Part shown: positions 40,500-53,291 of the stretch, piece by piece
How positions within the stretch are numbered: position 1 is the stretch's first letter
How the letters are laid out: each line of letters begins with the position of its first letter
NCBI RefSeq assembly: GCF_037042905.1
Contig: NW_026974140.1
Span: forward strand, 17,980,001 to 18,044,000
Length of the DNA: 64,000 nt
Direction: 5' to 3'
Source: Lytechinus pictus
Lineage: Eukaryota
Program-made: the position numbers and the translations under genes
The notes under the pieces: model-generated
Database searches by the model: none
What the model was told of the DNA's origin: nothing
What the model saw: only the letters and a program-made list of their open reading frames with translations

Positions 40500-42669
40500 C
40501 TGGTCTCCGGCAAGCTCAGAGAGAGGGACTGTGTATGCGCTTCACCAACCTAAGCTAGAGGACAAGGGGGCCTATCAACTCTCCCTCGATCCCCCCTTCC
40601 GTTCCATTTTTTGTACGTTTATCTCTCTATTTTCCTATTAATTGATTCTCCCATCTCTTTCTCTCTCTTTCCCTCTTACCTTCCCTATATGTCCCTTACC
40701 AAGGAGCCGCGGAAACAGGGGGAGGCTGGGCCATGGTTAATACAGGTTGGCGTCAAAGTTCTGGTAGCAGCACGTCCATTCAAGATACAGAACTACTATA
40801 ACATATTATATGAGGTATGTCCTGAACTTGAGACATCATCACCAGGTAGTCTGAAGAGTAAAAGGTGAGAAACTTTGATAAAACATAATACCTTATCTAT
40901 CAGAATGTTCCCGTAGTGTTTCTTGTTTTGTTTTGTTTTCAACAAAATAATGTTGAATTTTGCAAATTTGTATTATTCATTACTTCTTTGTCCTTGTGAA
41001 TCTACACTCACACATACACCTTTCTCCCCCTTTTTGCCCTCTCTCGGTCCCAGTCTCCCCCCCCCCCCTCTCTCTCACACACACACACACACGCTCTAGT
41101 ATTCCCTTTATTTTTTACACTCATGACCGATGACAGGAAAAATATTTTCGAAAATAATCAAGCATTGAGTTAGAAATATCATTCGTGGCTGTCTATTATC
41201 CAACTTCCCCTGTAAGATTACCATCTACAATAAACGTTCGATTTAACATTTTTTCGATTTCTTTGATCGCCTTTCGCACTTAGACTGCCTGATTTAAAAT
41301 CCATCATCATGATGGGTGAAGAACCTCATCCGGGTACCTTCTTATTCGGTGACGTCATGGATATGGGTGGGAGTGAAGAGCATGACGTCATCGATCGATG
41401 CAGGAAAACGCTTCAATTTGATGACGTAGCCAACATCCAGTTCACATCGGTAATGAAATAAAATATTGTTTCGCAACGATTTCTCATCTCGATCCCCAAA
41501 TGATAAAGATATAGTATACATAATAATTTTCAAAATATATAGATACATATAAAAATGCGAAAATCATGTCATTGCTTCTATTATTTGACCTTGGGGGTGA
41601 TCCATCTTTCATTTTTATTTTTATTTGTGTTACATTTTTATCCTTTCAGGTAGTAATTTCATTTCATGTGCATGTAATATTTGTATTATTGTTTATACCA
41701 TCGGATAGGGTACGACTGCCAATCCCAAAGCAACATGCCTGACCCATTTCCATGTTGTCAACAACGTGCAAACTCTTGCCCAACTTTATCCAGGGGACGC
41801 GCGTCAGGTATATCAATTTCATAAATATTTTGTTATCTTGTAAATTCAATTCATCGTGTAACCTACGCTTGTTTCATTTCTTCTTTTATGATTGAGTAGT
41901 GACGGTGATTTATAAAGTAAAATTGTTATTTTTATAAATTTGTAAAAATGTTAAGTGAAATTTGTTTAATGTATGTTATAATACCCCCTTCTTCATCATG
42001 TTCATACTTTCCAATGTTCTATTTGTCAGAATCTCTGTGATAGTTTTTTTATTGTTCCAACTTTGCTCTTCTCTTTTCCCCCCAATAATCGGTCTCGAAT
42101 TTTTAAATATCTTTTCTTCATTTAGAGTTTGTGTGTTCCTACTCCAATGTTCCACGTGTTTGGAATGTTCATTGTAGTACTCGGTACACTGACCATATCA
42201 AAGACTGTTTCCTTCACCAGTCTTCGATGCTCATGCTTGCTTGAGAGCCATGCAAGAAGAAAGGTCAATTCACATTCTTTCTTTTTTGTATGTGTTAACA
42301 TCTGTGTGAGTGTGTGGTGATTTCGGTGATGTGTTTGGGTGTGTGTGTGCCGCGTCCTAAACACATAAACATAATCATAATGCTGATTGAATTCTCTTTG
42401 CAAATATCTTTCAGTGACGCTTATGCCATTTCTCTGTCCGCAGTGCCACATAATATATAAGATCATATCTATCATGTTCATTATCTTCTTCTTCTTTTCT
42501 CCTCACTGATCATTCCGTGTCAGGTTGACACCAATGTTGGCATTTTGGGATTTTGAGGCATTCATTAAAACCCTTTACCAATTATGTCTATTTTTTCCCC
42601 CGTAAGTCTTTTTCATGCTCTCAAAACACTTTTAGTAGTCACTCATAAAACTTTCATTCATGAATTTTT

Positions 42670-44910
42670 GGCACACTTTCGGCATCCATCTGGCCCTCAA
42701 TTGAACATGCCTCTGGCACACATTCGGCATCTCTGACACCCTTTTTACATACCTCTTAAATCTGTTCGGCATCCTTGTGTCACCTATTCGGCATCCCTCT
42801 GGCACCCTTTCGGTAACCCTCTGAAACCCTTCGGCATCCATCTGACACCCTTTCGGCAACCCTCTGAATCCCATTCGGCATCCCTCTGGCACCCTTTCGG
42901 TAACCCTCTGAAACCCTTCGGCATCCATCTGACACCCTTTCGGCAACCATCTGAAACCCTTCGGCATCCATCTGACACCCTTTCGGCAACCCTCTGAAAC
43001 CCTTCGGCATCCATCTGACACCCTTTCGGCAACCCTCTGAAACTCATTCGACATCCCTCTGGCACCCTTTCGGCAACCCTCTGAAACCCTTCGGCATCCA
43101 TCTGACACCCTTTCAGCAACCCTCTGAAACCCTTCGGCATCCCTCTGGCACCCTTTCGGCAACCCTCTGAAACCCTTCGGCATCAATCTCACACCCTTTC
43201 GGCAACCCTCTAAAACCCTTCGGCATCCATCTGACACCCTTTCGGCAACCCTCTGAAACCCTTCGGCATCCCTCTGGCGCCCTTTCGGCAACCCTCTGAA
43301 ACCCTTCGGCATCCATCTGACACCCTTTCAGCAACCCTCTGAAACCCATTCGGCATCCATCTGACACCCTTTCGGCAACCCTCTGAAATCCTTCGGCATC
43401 CCTCTGGCACCCTTTCGGCAACCCTCTGAAACCCTTCGGCATCCATCTGACACCCTTTCGGCAACCCTCTGAAACCCTTCGGCATCCATCTGGCACCCTT
43501 TCGGTAACCCTCTGAAACCCTTCGGCATCCATCTGACACCCTTTCGGCAACCCTCTGAAACCCTTCGGCATCCATCTGACACCCTTCCAGCAACCCTCTG
43601 AAACCCTTTCGGCATCCATCTGACACCCTTTCGGCAACCCTCTGAAATCCTTCGGCATCCATCTGACACCCTTTCGGCAACCCTCTGAAACCCATTCGGC
43701 ATCCCTCTGACACCCTTTCTGCAACCCTCTGAAACCCATTCGGCATCCATCTGACACCCTTTCGGCAACCCTCTGAAACCCTTCGGCATCCCTCTGGCGC
43801 CCTTTCGGCAACCCTCTGAAACCCTTCGGCATCCATCTGACACCCTTTCAGCAACCCTCTGAAACCCATTCGGCATCCATCTGACACCCTTTCGGCAACC
43901 CTCTGAAACCCTTCGGCATCCCTCTGGCACCCTTTCGGCAACCCTCTGAAACCCTTCGGCATCCATCTGACACCCTTTCGGCAACCCTCTGAAACCCTTC
44001 GGCATCCATCTGGCACCCTTTCGGTAACCCTCTGAAACCCTTCGGCATCCATCTGACACCCTTTCGGCAACCCTCTGAAACCCTTCGGCATCCATCTGAC
44101 ACCCTTCCAGCAACCCTCTGAAACCCATTCGGCATCCATCTGACACCCTTTCGGCAACCCTCTGAAATCCTTCGGCATCCGTCTGACACCCTTTCGGCAA
44201 CCCTCTGACACCCATTCGGCATCCCTCTGACACCCTTTCGGCAACCCTCTGAAACCCATTCGGCATCCATCTGACACCCTTTCGGCAACCCTCTGAAACC
44301 CTTCGGCATCCATCTGACACCCTTTCTGCAACCCTCTAAAACCCTTCGGCAGCCACATGACACCCTTTCAGCAACCCTCTGAAACCCATTCGGCATCCTT
44401 CTGACACCCTTTCGGCAACCCTCTGAAACCCTTCGGCATCCATCTGACATCCTTTCGGCAACCCTCTGAGACACTTCGGCAGCCATAAGACTCCCTTTCG
44501 GCAATCCTCTGAAACCCATTCGGCATCCATCTGACCCCCTTTCGGCAACCCTCTGAAAACAATTCGGCGTCCCTTTGGCATTGTTTCTTCATCTTTTTGG
44601 AACCCATTTGGTGTTCCTCTGACACCGATGCGGCAATCCTCTGGCACTCACTCGACATCACTATGGCACTCTTTCTGCATCCAGCTGACACCTATTTCCC
44701 TTTCTTCCGGCATCCATTCCATCCATTCGACATCCCTCTGACAACCTTTTGGCATCCATTTGGCACCCACTCGGCATCCCTCTGGCACACATTCGGCATC
44801 TCTGTTACCCTTTCTGCATTCCTCTGCCATCCTTTCTCTGAAACCCATTCATCATCACTTTTGCACATATTCAGCATCACTTTGTCTACCTTTCGGCATC
44901 CCTCTGGCAG
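42670..44910. repeat. ~41-42 bp satellite (dimer of ~20-22 bp subunits) in an ACSF2 copy B intron
   Basis: Unit ccctttcggcaaccctctgaaacccttcggcatccatctgaca, with a homogeneous core (~42790-44560) and degenerate flanks. Confidence 0.97.
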
Positions 44911-47900
44911 CTATTTTGGTTCACCTTTATTTCATTTGAAGTGGTTTCACTTTGGAAGGGTAGTGTGAATTTTCTTTCGATACAAGGGGAAAGATACCTC
45001 ATATATTCAAAGGGATGCATTTGGATAAAAACAAACATTAATTTCCTTGATGGAAGTATTATCAAGGTTTATCTTAAAAACGTTTACATTTCGGTTTAAT
45101 TCAACTTTCGAAGTGTTTGTTGTGCTGAATTAAGTTTGATGTAATTTATCAATATTTTGTTAGAACTCCAATTCACAGCATTTTATGATGATTTCCAGTG
45201 TTATTTTCGAAAAGCTATTGACTTAGGACCCATTTATACCTTATTAGACTTATCAATATTTTATAATATTATTACACAATATACTTAACAAAAGAAATTG
45301 CATATGCAATTCTAATGTCATAGCAACAAATGTGTTTTCCTTTACAGGTGCACAAGGTGGTATGGGGCTCCAACAATAATCATTGATATGTTGCATCATC
45401 CTGAGTTTTCGACCTTTGACCTCAGTCATTTGAAATACATTTTGACCGGTGGAGGTTACGTGCCATTGGAAATTGTTCAGCGGCTTCGTCGTGCTGTTCC
45501 TTCTCTAACGGACACCGTCGTACATAAAATAATCATACAATAAAAAAATGAACAAAGAATCATTGATTATTATGTAAGAAAGTCGTGTACTCTGAGAAAG
45601 AAATCGAACTTTTAGCAATGCTACGCTGGGACCACCTTTGAATTTAAAATGCAGTTTTCTGGGCTGAAAAAGTACAAAGTTGCACCTATGTAGGCATTCG
45701 AAGACTAGGAATGTGCACAGGGTGACCTTGTCTGTTAAAACTTGAATCAACTGCAGTTGGGCTGTATTCACCTAAAATTATACATCACTGCCAGGTCAAA
45801 TATAATTAGTTAATATTTTTGGTCACGCTAATATTAAGTTGTGATTTATGAGAACGTTTAGCAAATGATGAAAATTATCAAAATTCTACAATCTCATTTT
45901 ACATGTCGAATCTGGGGAAAGAGTGATAACTGTTCTAAATGTTGGTGCTTTTGCTTAAATACTCAAATTTGGCGCATTAGTTCGCCGTTTCCAAAACTCG
46001 GCCTTTTAGAAGATTTGCCTCATCAGCCAAACGTTCATGTGCCCATTTATGATATCATGCTATATTCAGTTGTACAAAATGTAGAAATAATGGCTCATTC
46101 GATATCATAAAATTTATCATATTTTGTTTAACCAGATTGCATACGGAATGACTGAGATGGGTGGTATAATGTGCTGTAGTCGACCAGATGATCCTGATGA
46201 AATGAGATACTCGACGATTGGACGTCCATTCCCTTGGTGCGAGGTAATGTCTGTCATCAAGGCTAAATAATACTCAGCCAATTAATGGCCAAATTTCTTA
46301 TTCACGATAATAGTTCAGTAAATATGTCCAAACACAAACGCAACGAATTAGTGGTCAAAACTCTTCTTCAGGATGATACATTTTTGTGACGCATTCTGTT
46401 ATGGCATGGACCTACTAGGTAGATATTAAGTGTAGTACATGTTTCTTCAGTTTTTCGCCGAGTGTTTGTTGCATTTGAACAAATGAAATATTTTTTTCAA
46501 CATTTGCGTATTGAATTTCTGGAATAACTATCCATCCCTCTTCATTCCTGGTGCGTATAGTGTTTTGTTGTTTTATATTTACTCTTCTATGATAAATTTC
46601 ATGCTACAATATAACCCGAGAAATCATATCTGTTGCTTTATCACTTGGGTATAAGAGCTATATAACAACGCCTGATTTAGGTGGGGACCTTTCCAGCCCG
46701 TATCCCTTACAATATTTTATTATCCATTAAATAACTTGTTATTCATCCTTTATTTTTTTTAAACTACCCCCCCCCCCCCGAGTAGCAGTCAGGGAAAATA
46801 AAAACATGCAGAAATAGCCTTTTTGTAGGCGTACTTGTCATATAAATGTATTTCATATCTAATTCTGAGTATGCCCATGTCCATACAAAATGTTATGAAC
46901 ATAACGCAGCATGGTCTAAAATGTTCATATTTGACGTTCATATAGGTGAAATAACGAATCCCTCAAATGGGGAGATAGTTCCTACTGGAGAGGCGGGAGA
47001 GTTTTGCGGTAGATCACTGAGCATTATGACTGAATACTGGCAGGATGACAGGAAGACGAAAGAAACTATCGAATCTACAAGATGGCTTCATTCTGGGTGA
47101 GATTCATCTTTCTTTAATATCTTATAAGGAATGAAAAAATGGAGTGTTATTTGGTAGATAATGGTTGAATTCCAGGAATACTTTATATTGTAATAACGTC
47201 ATCTGGTCATAGGATCTGTTTAAGGCCTTTATAATTATTTACTGGGCCCAGATAATTTTTTTCGAACTGACGGAAANNNNNNNNNNNNNNNNNNNNNNNN
47301 NNNNNNNNNNNNNNNNNNNNNNNNNNNNNNNNNNNNNNNNNNNNNNNNNNNNNNNNNNNNNNNNNNNNNNNNNNNNNNNNNNNNNNNNNNNNNNNNNNNN
47401 NNNNNNNNNNNNNNNNNNNNNNNNNNNNNNNNNNNNNNNNNNNNNNNNNNNNNNNNNNNNNNNNNNNNNNNNNNNNNNNNNNNNNNNNNNNNNNNNNNNN
47501 NNNNNNNNNNNNNNNNNNNNNNNNNNNNNNNNNNNNNNNNNNNNNNNNNNNNNNNNNNNNNNNNNNNNNNNNNNNNNNNNNNNNNNNNNNNNNNNNNNNN
47601 NNNNGTCGGTGTATAAGGGACTATGTTGACGACCAGACTTGATTACTTGATAATGAACTGCATGAGTCCCCCCCCCCTTTTTTTTTTCCTTTTTAATCTA
47701 AATCTCCAGTGATCTTGCTAAAATGAACGAAGATGGTTACATCAGTATAGTGGGTCGTATTAAAGACATGATCAATAGAGGAGGAGAAAACATCTTTGCT
47801 GTTCATATTGAAGATCACCTTCACAAACACCCTAAAGTTGAAGACGTTCAGGTACGGCAAAGTTATTTTTTATCGTTATATATTTCATTATGTATTATGT

Positions 47901-48803
47901 ATATCATTTTTATGAGTTTGTTTTTTTCATTTAGTAATGGCTTACAATAACGACCCCTTTTTCTACTTTAAGTCTGAATAATTCAATATTTAAAAAATTA
48001 CTGGACTTTTTATGTTTGTCTTTGGGCGCATTGCCCTTTAAGCAATTCCTAAATCGACGTAATAACTTTGTTATTTATTTCTTTATTTGGTCCGATTCTT
48101 CATCACAATCAAAATCTTGATAATATTTATATACATATGATATTTTCATTGATTCGTCGATATTCGGGTCATTGGGGTACCAGATGAGAGATTAATGGAA
48201 GAGGTGAACGCATGTGTCAAACTGAAAGCTGGTGTTACATGTACTGGAGAAGAGATAAGAGATTTCTGCAAAGGACAGGTTTGTGATTTTAATTAATGTA
48301 TGTCTTAGACAGGACTAATGCAAGATTTCATTTAGCATGTTTACATATCAAATTCACTAATATTGAATCATTTATCAATATCATGATTACAGTTATAAAT
48401 CTATAAACATGATAAATATGCTATTTGAAATTTCATTGTTTTCAAGAGACTTATTTTGGTCTACATTTTTACATTACTCTTAAAAAAATAAGAATAAAAA
48501 CCATGGGTTGCGTATTGATGTAATTATCCTCACTATTCAATTCAATTCAATTCAATTCAATTTATTTTCATTCTTCACCATAATACAAATAATTACATGA
48601 TAAATCAATGCAATTCAAATAAAAGCATGAACAAAATTCAACATTGAATAAATAATATACATATACCATTGTCAGTTTGATTGGTTTCTTGCTATTATTG
48701 TCGATCATTTATTATTCTCGTTTTAAAGATTTTTGTAAACCTATTTTTTCACACAGCTGGCCCGTTATGAGGTTCGGGTTCCTCGCTATGTCGAATTCGT
48801 CCC

Positions 48804-49994
48804 GGTTTACTGACGGATGGTCTATTATCACTTGGTCTAAGTATCAGATGGGCTAACAACATTCGGGCTAAACCCACTTAGTCCAATTCCCTTTTGGTCT
48901 AATGACCACTTGGTCTAATAGCCAATTAGTCTAATGACCACTTGGTCTAATAGCCACTTGGTCTAATGACCACTTGGTCTAATTTCCAATTGGTCTAATG
49001 ACCACTTGGTCTAATAGCCACTTGGTCTAATGCCCAGTTGGGCTAATCGTCACTTGGTCTAATTTTCATTTGGTCTTATTGCCATTTCGTCTACTGTATT
49101 TTATTGTCACTTGGTCTAATTGCATTTGGTCTAATACCAGTTCGTCTAATAGTCGGATGGTCTAATACTAGTTGGTCTAATACCAGTTGGTCTAATCCTC
49201 ACTTGGTCCATTATTCATTTGGTCAATATTGCAGTTGGTCTAATGTGCAGTTGGTCTAATCCTCACTTGGTCCATTATTCAGTTGGTCTAATGTGCAGTT
49301 GGTTGATGAGCGACTATCTCATCATCGATAGTCCTTCACGGTGAGTTTTTGCGCCCACCAGCCCTACCCCGGCTCTACCCCTCCGGATCCTGGCGATATG
49401 TATAACTGATGCATGGTATTTATCCATTACGTACTATATTTCCTAATTCTAAATAAATAAAAAAATAATGAATGATGCTATATTATAATAAATGGACATT
49501 AGACCAAGTGTGAATTAGACCAAATGAAAATAAGACCAAGTGACGATTAGCTCAACTGGTCATTAGACCAATTGGCCATTAGACCAAGTGGTCATTAGAC
49601 CATTTGGCTATTAGACCAAGTGGTCATTAGACCAATTGGATATTAGACCAAGTGGAAATTAGACTAAATGGAAATTAGACCAAACGGTCATTAGACTACG
49701 TGGCAATTAGACAAAATGATAATTAGACCAAGTGGAAATTAGCCGAAGTGGAAATTAGACCAAGTGGTGTTAGACCAACTGGAAATTAGACTAAATTATT
49801 TTAGCCCAACTGCTCATTAGACGAATTGGATATTAGACCAAGTGGAAATTAGACGAATTGGATATTAGACCAAGTGGGAAATAGACGAATTGGATATTAG
49901 ACGAACTGGTTGTAGACGAAATGAGTTAAAACTATGTGAAGTTGGACGAACTGATAAGTAGACCATGTGGTATTAGACCATCCGATAATTCACC
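48804..49994. mobile_element. Foldback-like MITE with (CACTTGGTCTAAT)n arms and 8-bp TSD, inserted in the last exon of ACSF2 copy B
   Basis: TSD TTCGTCCC at 48796-48803 and 49995-50002. Ends ggtttactgacggatggtcta / tagaccatccgataattcacc. About 20-bp subrepeats are inverted between the arms. Confidence 0.92.
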
Positions 49995-50583
49995 TTCGTC
50001 CCCAGCTTCCCATACACCATGTCCAACAAAGTTCAGAAATACAAACTCCGTGAAGAAATGGCGAAGAGACTCAAGTTAGACAACATTGATTCATCCTAGT
50101 CATGTAGATGTCTCTGGCTGATGTACTTTGTTCATTGGCAAAACTTTTGTACATTTGAAAATAATATAAATGTCTTCGCATTGGTTACAGCGTGCCCCCT
50201 TCCCCATTGACTTTGGCTGTCTGCCATTTTGGTAAGAGGGTTGGTTCAAAGATCCACCGGGGGAGGGCCCAAAGTCGCCATCACTTTTGGAAGCACTTTC
50301 CAATGGATTTTTATATAACAAAAAAAAAAGATACAGAAAAAAGGGTATTCAAGCGGGACTGGATCGGCGCCTGTATATGGGAAAGCAAGGTGGATATATT
50401 GTCGGTGCATTTTCAAAGATATATTTCTTTTCCCATTATACACAATTTCCCTTCATTCTTGTAGGCGTATATTATTTCCTAAAATCTATGATGTGGTATA
50501 TAATGAAAGGTCACATCCCATGTAAAAGATGAACGATGATATGTCTTGTTTTGACAATCCTATTCGACTTTCTGTGAGTTTCA

Positions 50584-50783
50584 AGACATTTGCTCCGGCG
50601 ACATTGCTCCACTGTGAATTATACATACTAATGGAATCGTCAACTTCAACCATTGATTTAACACCATACCCTATCCTAAACCTAACGCTAAACCTTAAAT
50701 AAAACCCTATTGCAGCCTTAACCATATATCTAAGACGAAATAAAGCCCGGAGAAATTATCGCTGGAGCAAATGTCGTGTCACC
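50584..50783. mobile_element. Small MITE with CCTAAA-rich core
   Basis: Inverted repeats gacatttgctccggcga / tcgctggagcaaatgtc. Confidence 0.7.
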
Positions 50784-51094
50784 ATTCTGGTTGATTAATG
50801 CGTATGGATACGGTTTCATTTAACAAAGAATCACGCGTAATTAAATGCTCTATTGAATTTACCTGCTGATTTTGTGAAGGGAGACAAGGAAAAAAAATCA
50901 GGGAAATAAGTTAAAGGATGAAAGAACGAGTAAAGATTCAGTAGTGACCAAGACAGTAGGAGAGGGAAGAGCAAGATAAGAGGAGAGAAACGAGGAGAAA
51001 GAGAGAGAGAGATGGGAGGGGTCGGCAAGGGAGGGAGGGGAAGAATATCAAAATTATTTTTATCATGAATAAAATCAAACAAAACTAGCAGCAA

Positions 51095-51290
51095 CATCAC
51101 CACTATCACCAACACCACCTGTTGTACCTCCACCATCTTCATTCTCCATCTTCATCATCACCGTCATTACCAACCACCACTACCACCAGAACTATCACCC
51201 CATTCTTCACTATCATCATTATCATCATCTCGACCATCTCGACTTTCATTATCTTCGTCATCACAATCACTGTTATTATCACCATCATCA
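51095..51290. repeat. (CAY)n low-complexity tract
   Basis: Direct reading. Confidence 0.8.
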
Positions 51291-53032
51291 TTTCTTTTTC
51301 ATATTTGAAAATTGAATTTAAAAAAATGCACTCAACAAAGACATCATTTATTATTTTGTTTTAATGTACCAATGAGTCAAGATTGATGACTAACTGTGTA
51401 AATACATTTATTTACAAAGATCTATATACACGGGGATATCACTTCATATGCTTCCATTTGATTTAAAAAGCGAAAGCAAACATAGGGACACCAATATCAT
51501 AACTATTACCATTCACAAACAGTAAACTCATAACAATAAAACATCCATACTGAAACTTTTACATAACCGTGTCTACCCTGGAAGACCATGCTTCATTAAA
51601 CGTGACATACGAATTTGGTTTCAGCTAAGTTTATTTCGATAAAAGTGAAGAGGGGGTGAATCTCTATACATAACTTTAACAATAACAATCAATGAGTCAG
51701 AAAAGCGTCTTTGATATTTTAGCTGCTACATTTCCAGTTAAAAGAAAAAGCGGGCATTCAATGCGAGGATATGACGTGAGCCACGTACTAGTAGTACCTG
51801 ATAAATGCATTCCAATAATGCTTATGCAGAGAAGTATAACATTGTAAAGAGATACTTGACGGGACAACCTACATAAGAACAATAACTTGAAGAATAAATA
51901 AACAAAATTTCAGCATATTTCAAAAGAGAGAACTGATGTATCTTCAGCCATGGTGAACCAGATTATTTCAGTTAACATGGTTAACATGTGATTCAGCTTG
52001 GTCGTTGAACTCGAATCTTTGTTGTTGTTGTTTCTATATTATATATTTTCCGTATCATATATTTTCCGTATGAATAACACAAGTTATTCAGCTGCGACGG
52101 TTCAGATTATTCCTACTCCATTCTACAAAAATCTTATCACCGTAAAACATGCAAATATATTCTATCTTTGACCTTACTTTTCAGTCAATATTATTTACAT
52201 CACACATTTTACGTTCTAAAAAGGAAAACATGAGAAAAAAGATAAATTTTAAAATGTCCACGAACTCGGTCTTTGTTACTTGACAAGAAAGGAAATATTA
52301 AATGGATGTAAAATCACATGAAGCATGACTTCTAACATTTACAACCAATAGATTAGCGAATTCCTTACCATGAACATGATGAAATTAACATCATATAAAG
52401 AGGTTAAAACCGCAAGATTCGAATTTTCTCTTAAAATAGCTTTTATAGAGTATGTAGTTAGAACTGAAAAGGTTATATAAAACCATATTTTCAAAAAAAA
52501 AAAAACATTTTGGACTATTCTTTCTCAATATTGCGCTCCATATTTACATATTTACAATACAAAAAGAGTATCCAAAAAATAAAGTAAATCAAAACATTGT
52601 GATACATTGTAAACATCACAAACAGATAACCTCCTATATTCATATTTAAATAAACCTCAAATACCAATTCATAAAATTCCATCCAAAAGATAATGAACAA
52701 TTATTATTTTAAGCTTCGTGACTGGACGACCCAGGTGAGGGATCTATTAATCTTTCACCCAATGAGCAACATAAGTAAATATTCATTTGATATGAATGAT
52801 ATCAACCAAGTAAAGTCAATTAATGTATACAGGCACATGGGGTCTTAATATACAAGTGGAATGTGTAGTAAAAGAAGAGAAAAAATAACTTCGCACACCA
52901 TATAGTATCAATTGACACACAGCACACTACTTCAAAGATTACAAGCAGTTTGTAAAAATCTTTTCAAAATAGAAAATATTCTTTCTACCAATTACAAAAA
53001 AAAAACCCCAAAACATTTGAGATGAACATATA

Positions 53033-53291
53033 GGCCCGTATTCTGAAGGGTTCAATTTAAAGTGTGGTCTAAAGTTGTGGTTTAACTGTAAATAGCCAAT
53101 TGTGCCACGAATCTCTCAACATTAATCAAATTAATCATAACTCTATGGTAATAATGACTCAAATGGTCTTCACCAGTGAAGCATGGGGAAAGCAAAAACA
53201 AGAAACAAACGTTATATACAAAATTTTGATATTTTCAACTTCCCATAACTTTAGCATAGTTAGTCCATGGCCTAACTTCAGAGTACGGGCC
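53033..53291. mobile_element. PIF/Harbinger-like MITE
   Basis: TIRs ggcccgtattctgaag / cttcagagtacgggcc, with TSD ATA. Confidence 0.82.

Larger units (their letters stand above)
40746..50099 (+). pseudogene. ACSF2: ACSF2-like paralog (copy B), 5'-truncated and disrupted
   Basis: Exons 40746-40864, 41284-41449, 41709-41807, 42126-42263 (2-nt deletion vs copy A), 45348-45519, 46136-46243, 46946-47096 (1-nt deletion), 47710-47851, 48168-48278 (acceptor CGG instead of CAG), and a last exon 48757-50099 split by a MITE. No homologues of the two 5'-most copy A exons were seen. Confidence 0.9.

Noticed and set aside
42632-44691. Long overlapping ORFs (up to 382 aa) in all three minus frames
   Set aside because: They are a by-product of a stop-poor 41-42 bp satellite whose length shifts the frame. 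They lie antisense in an intron and show no domain.
42126-47096. The -2 and -1 deletions in copy B as compensating frameshifts
   Set aside because: The shifted frame reaches a TGA early in exon 45348-45519, before the second deletion.
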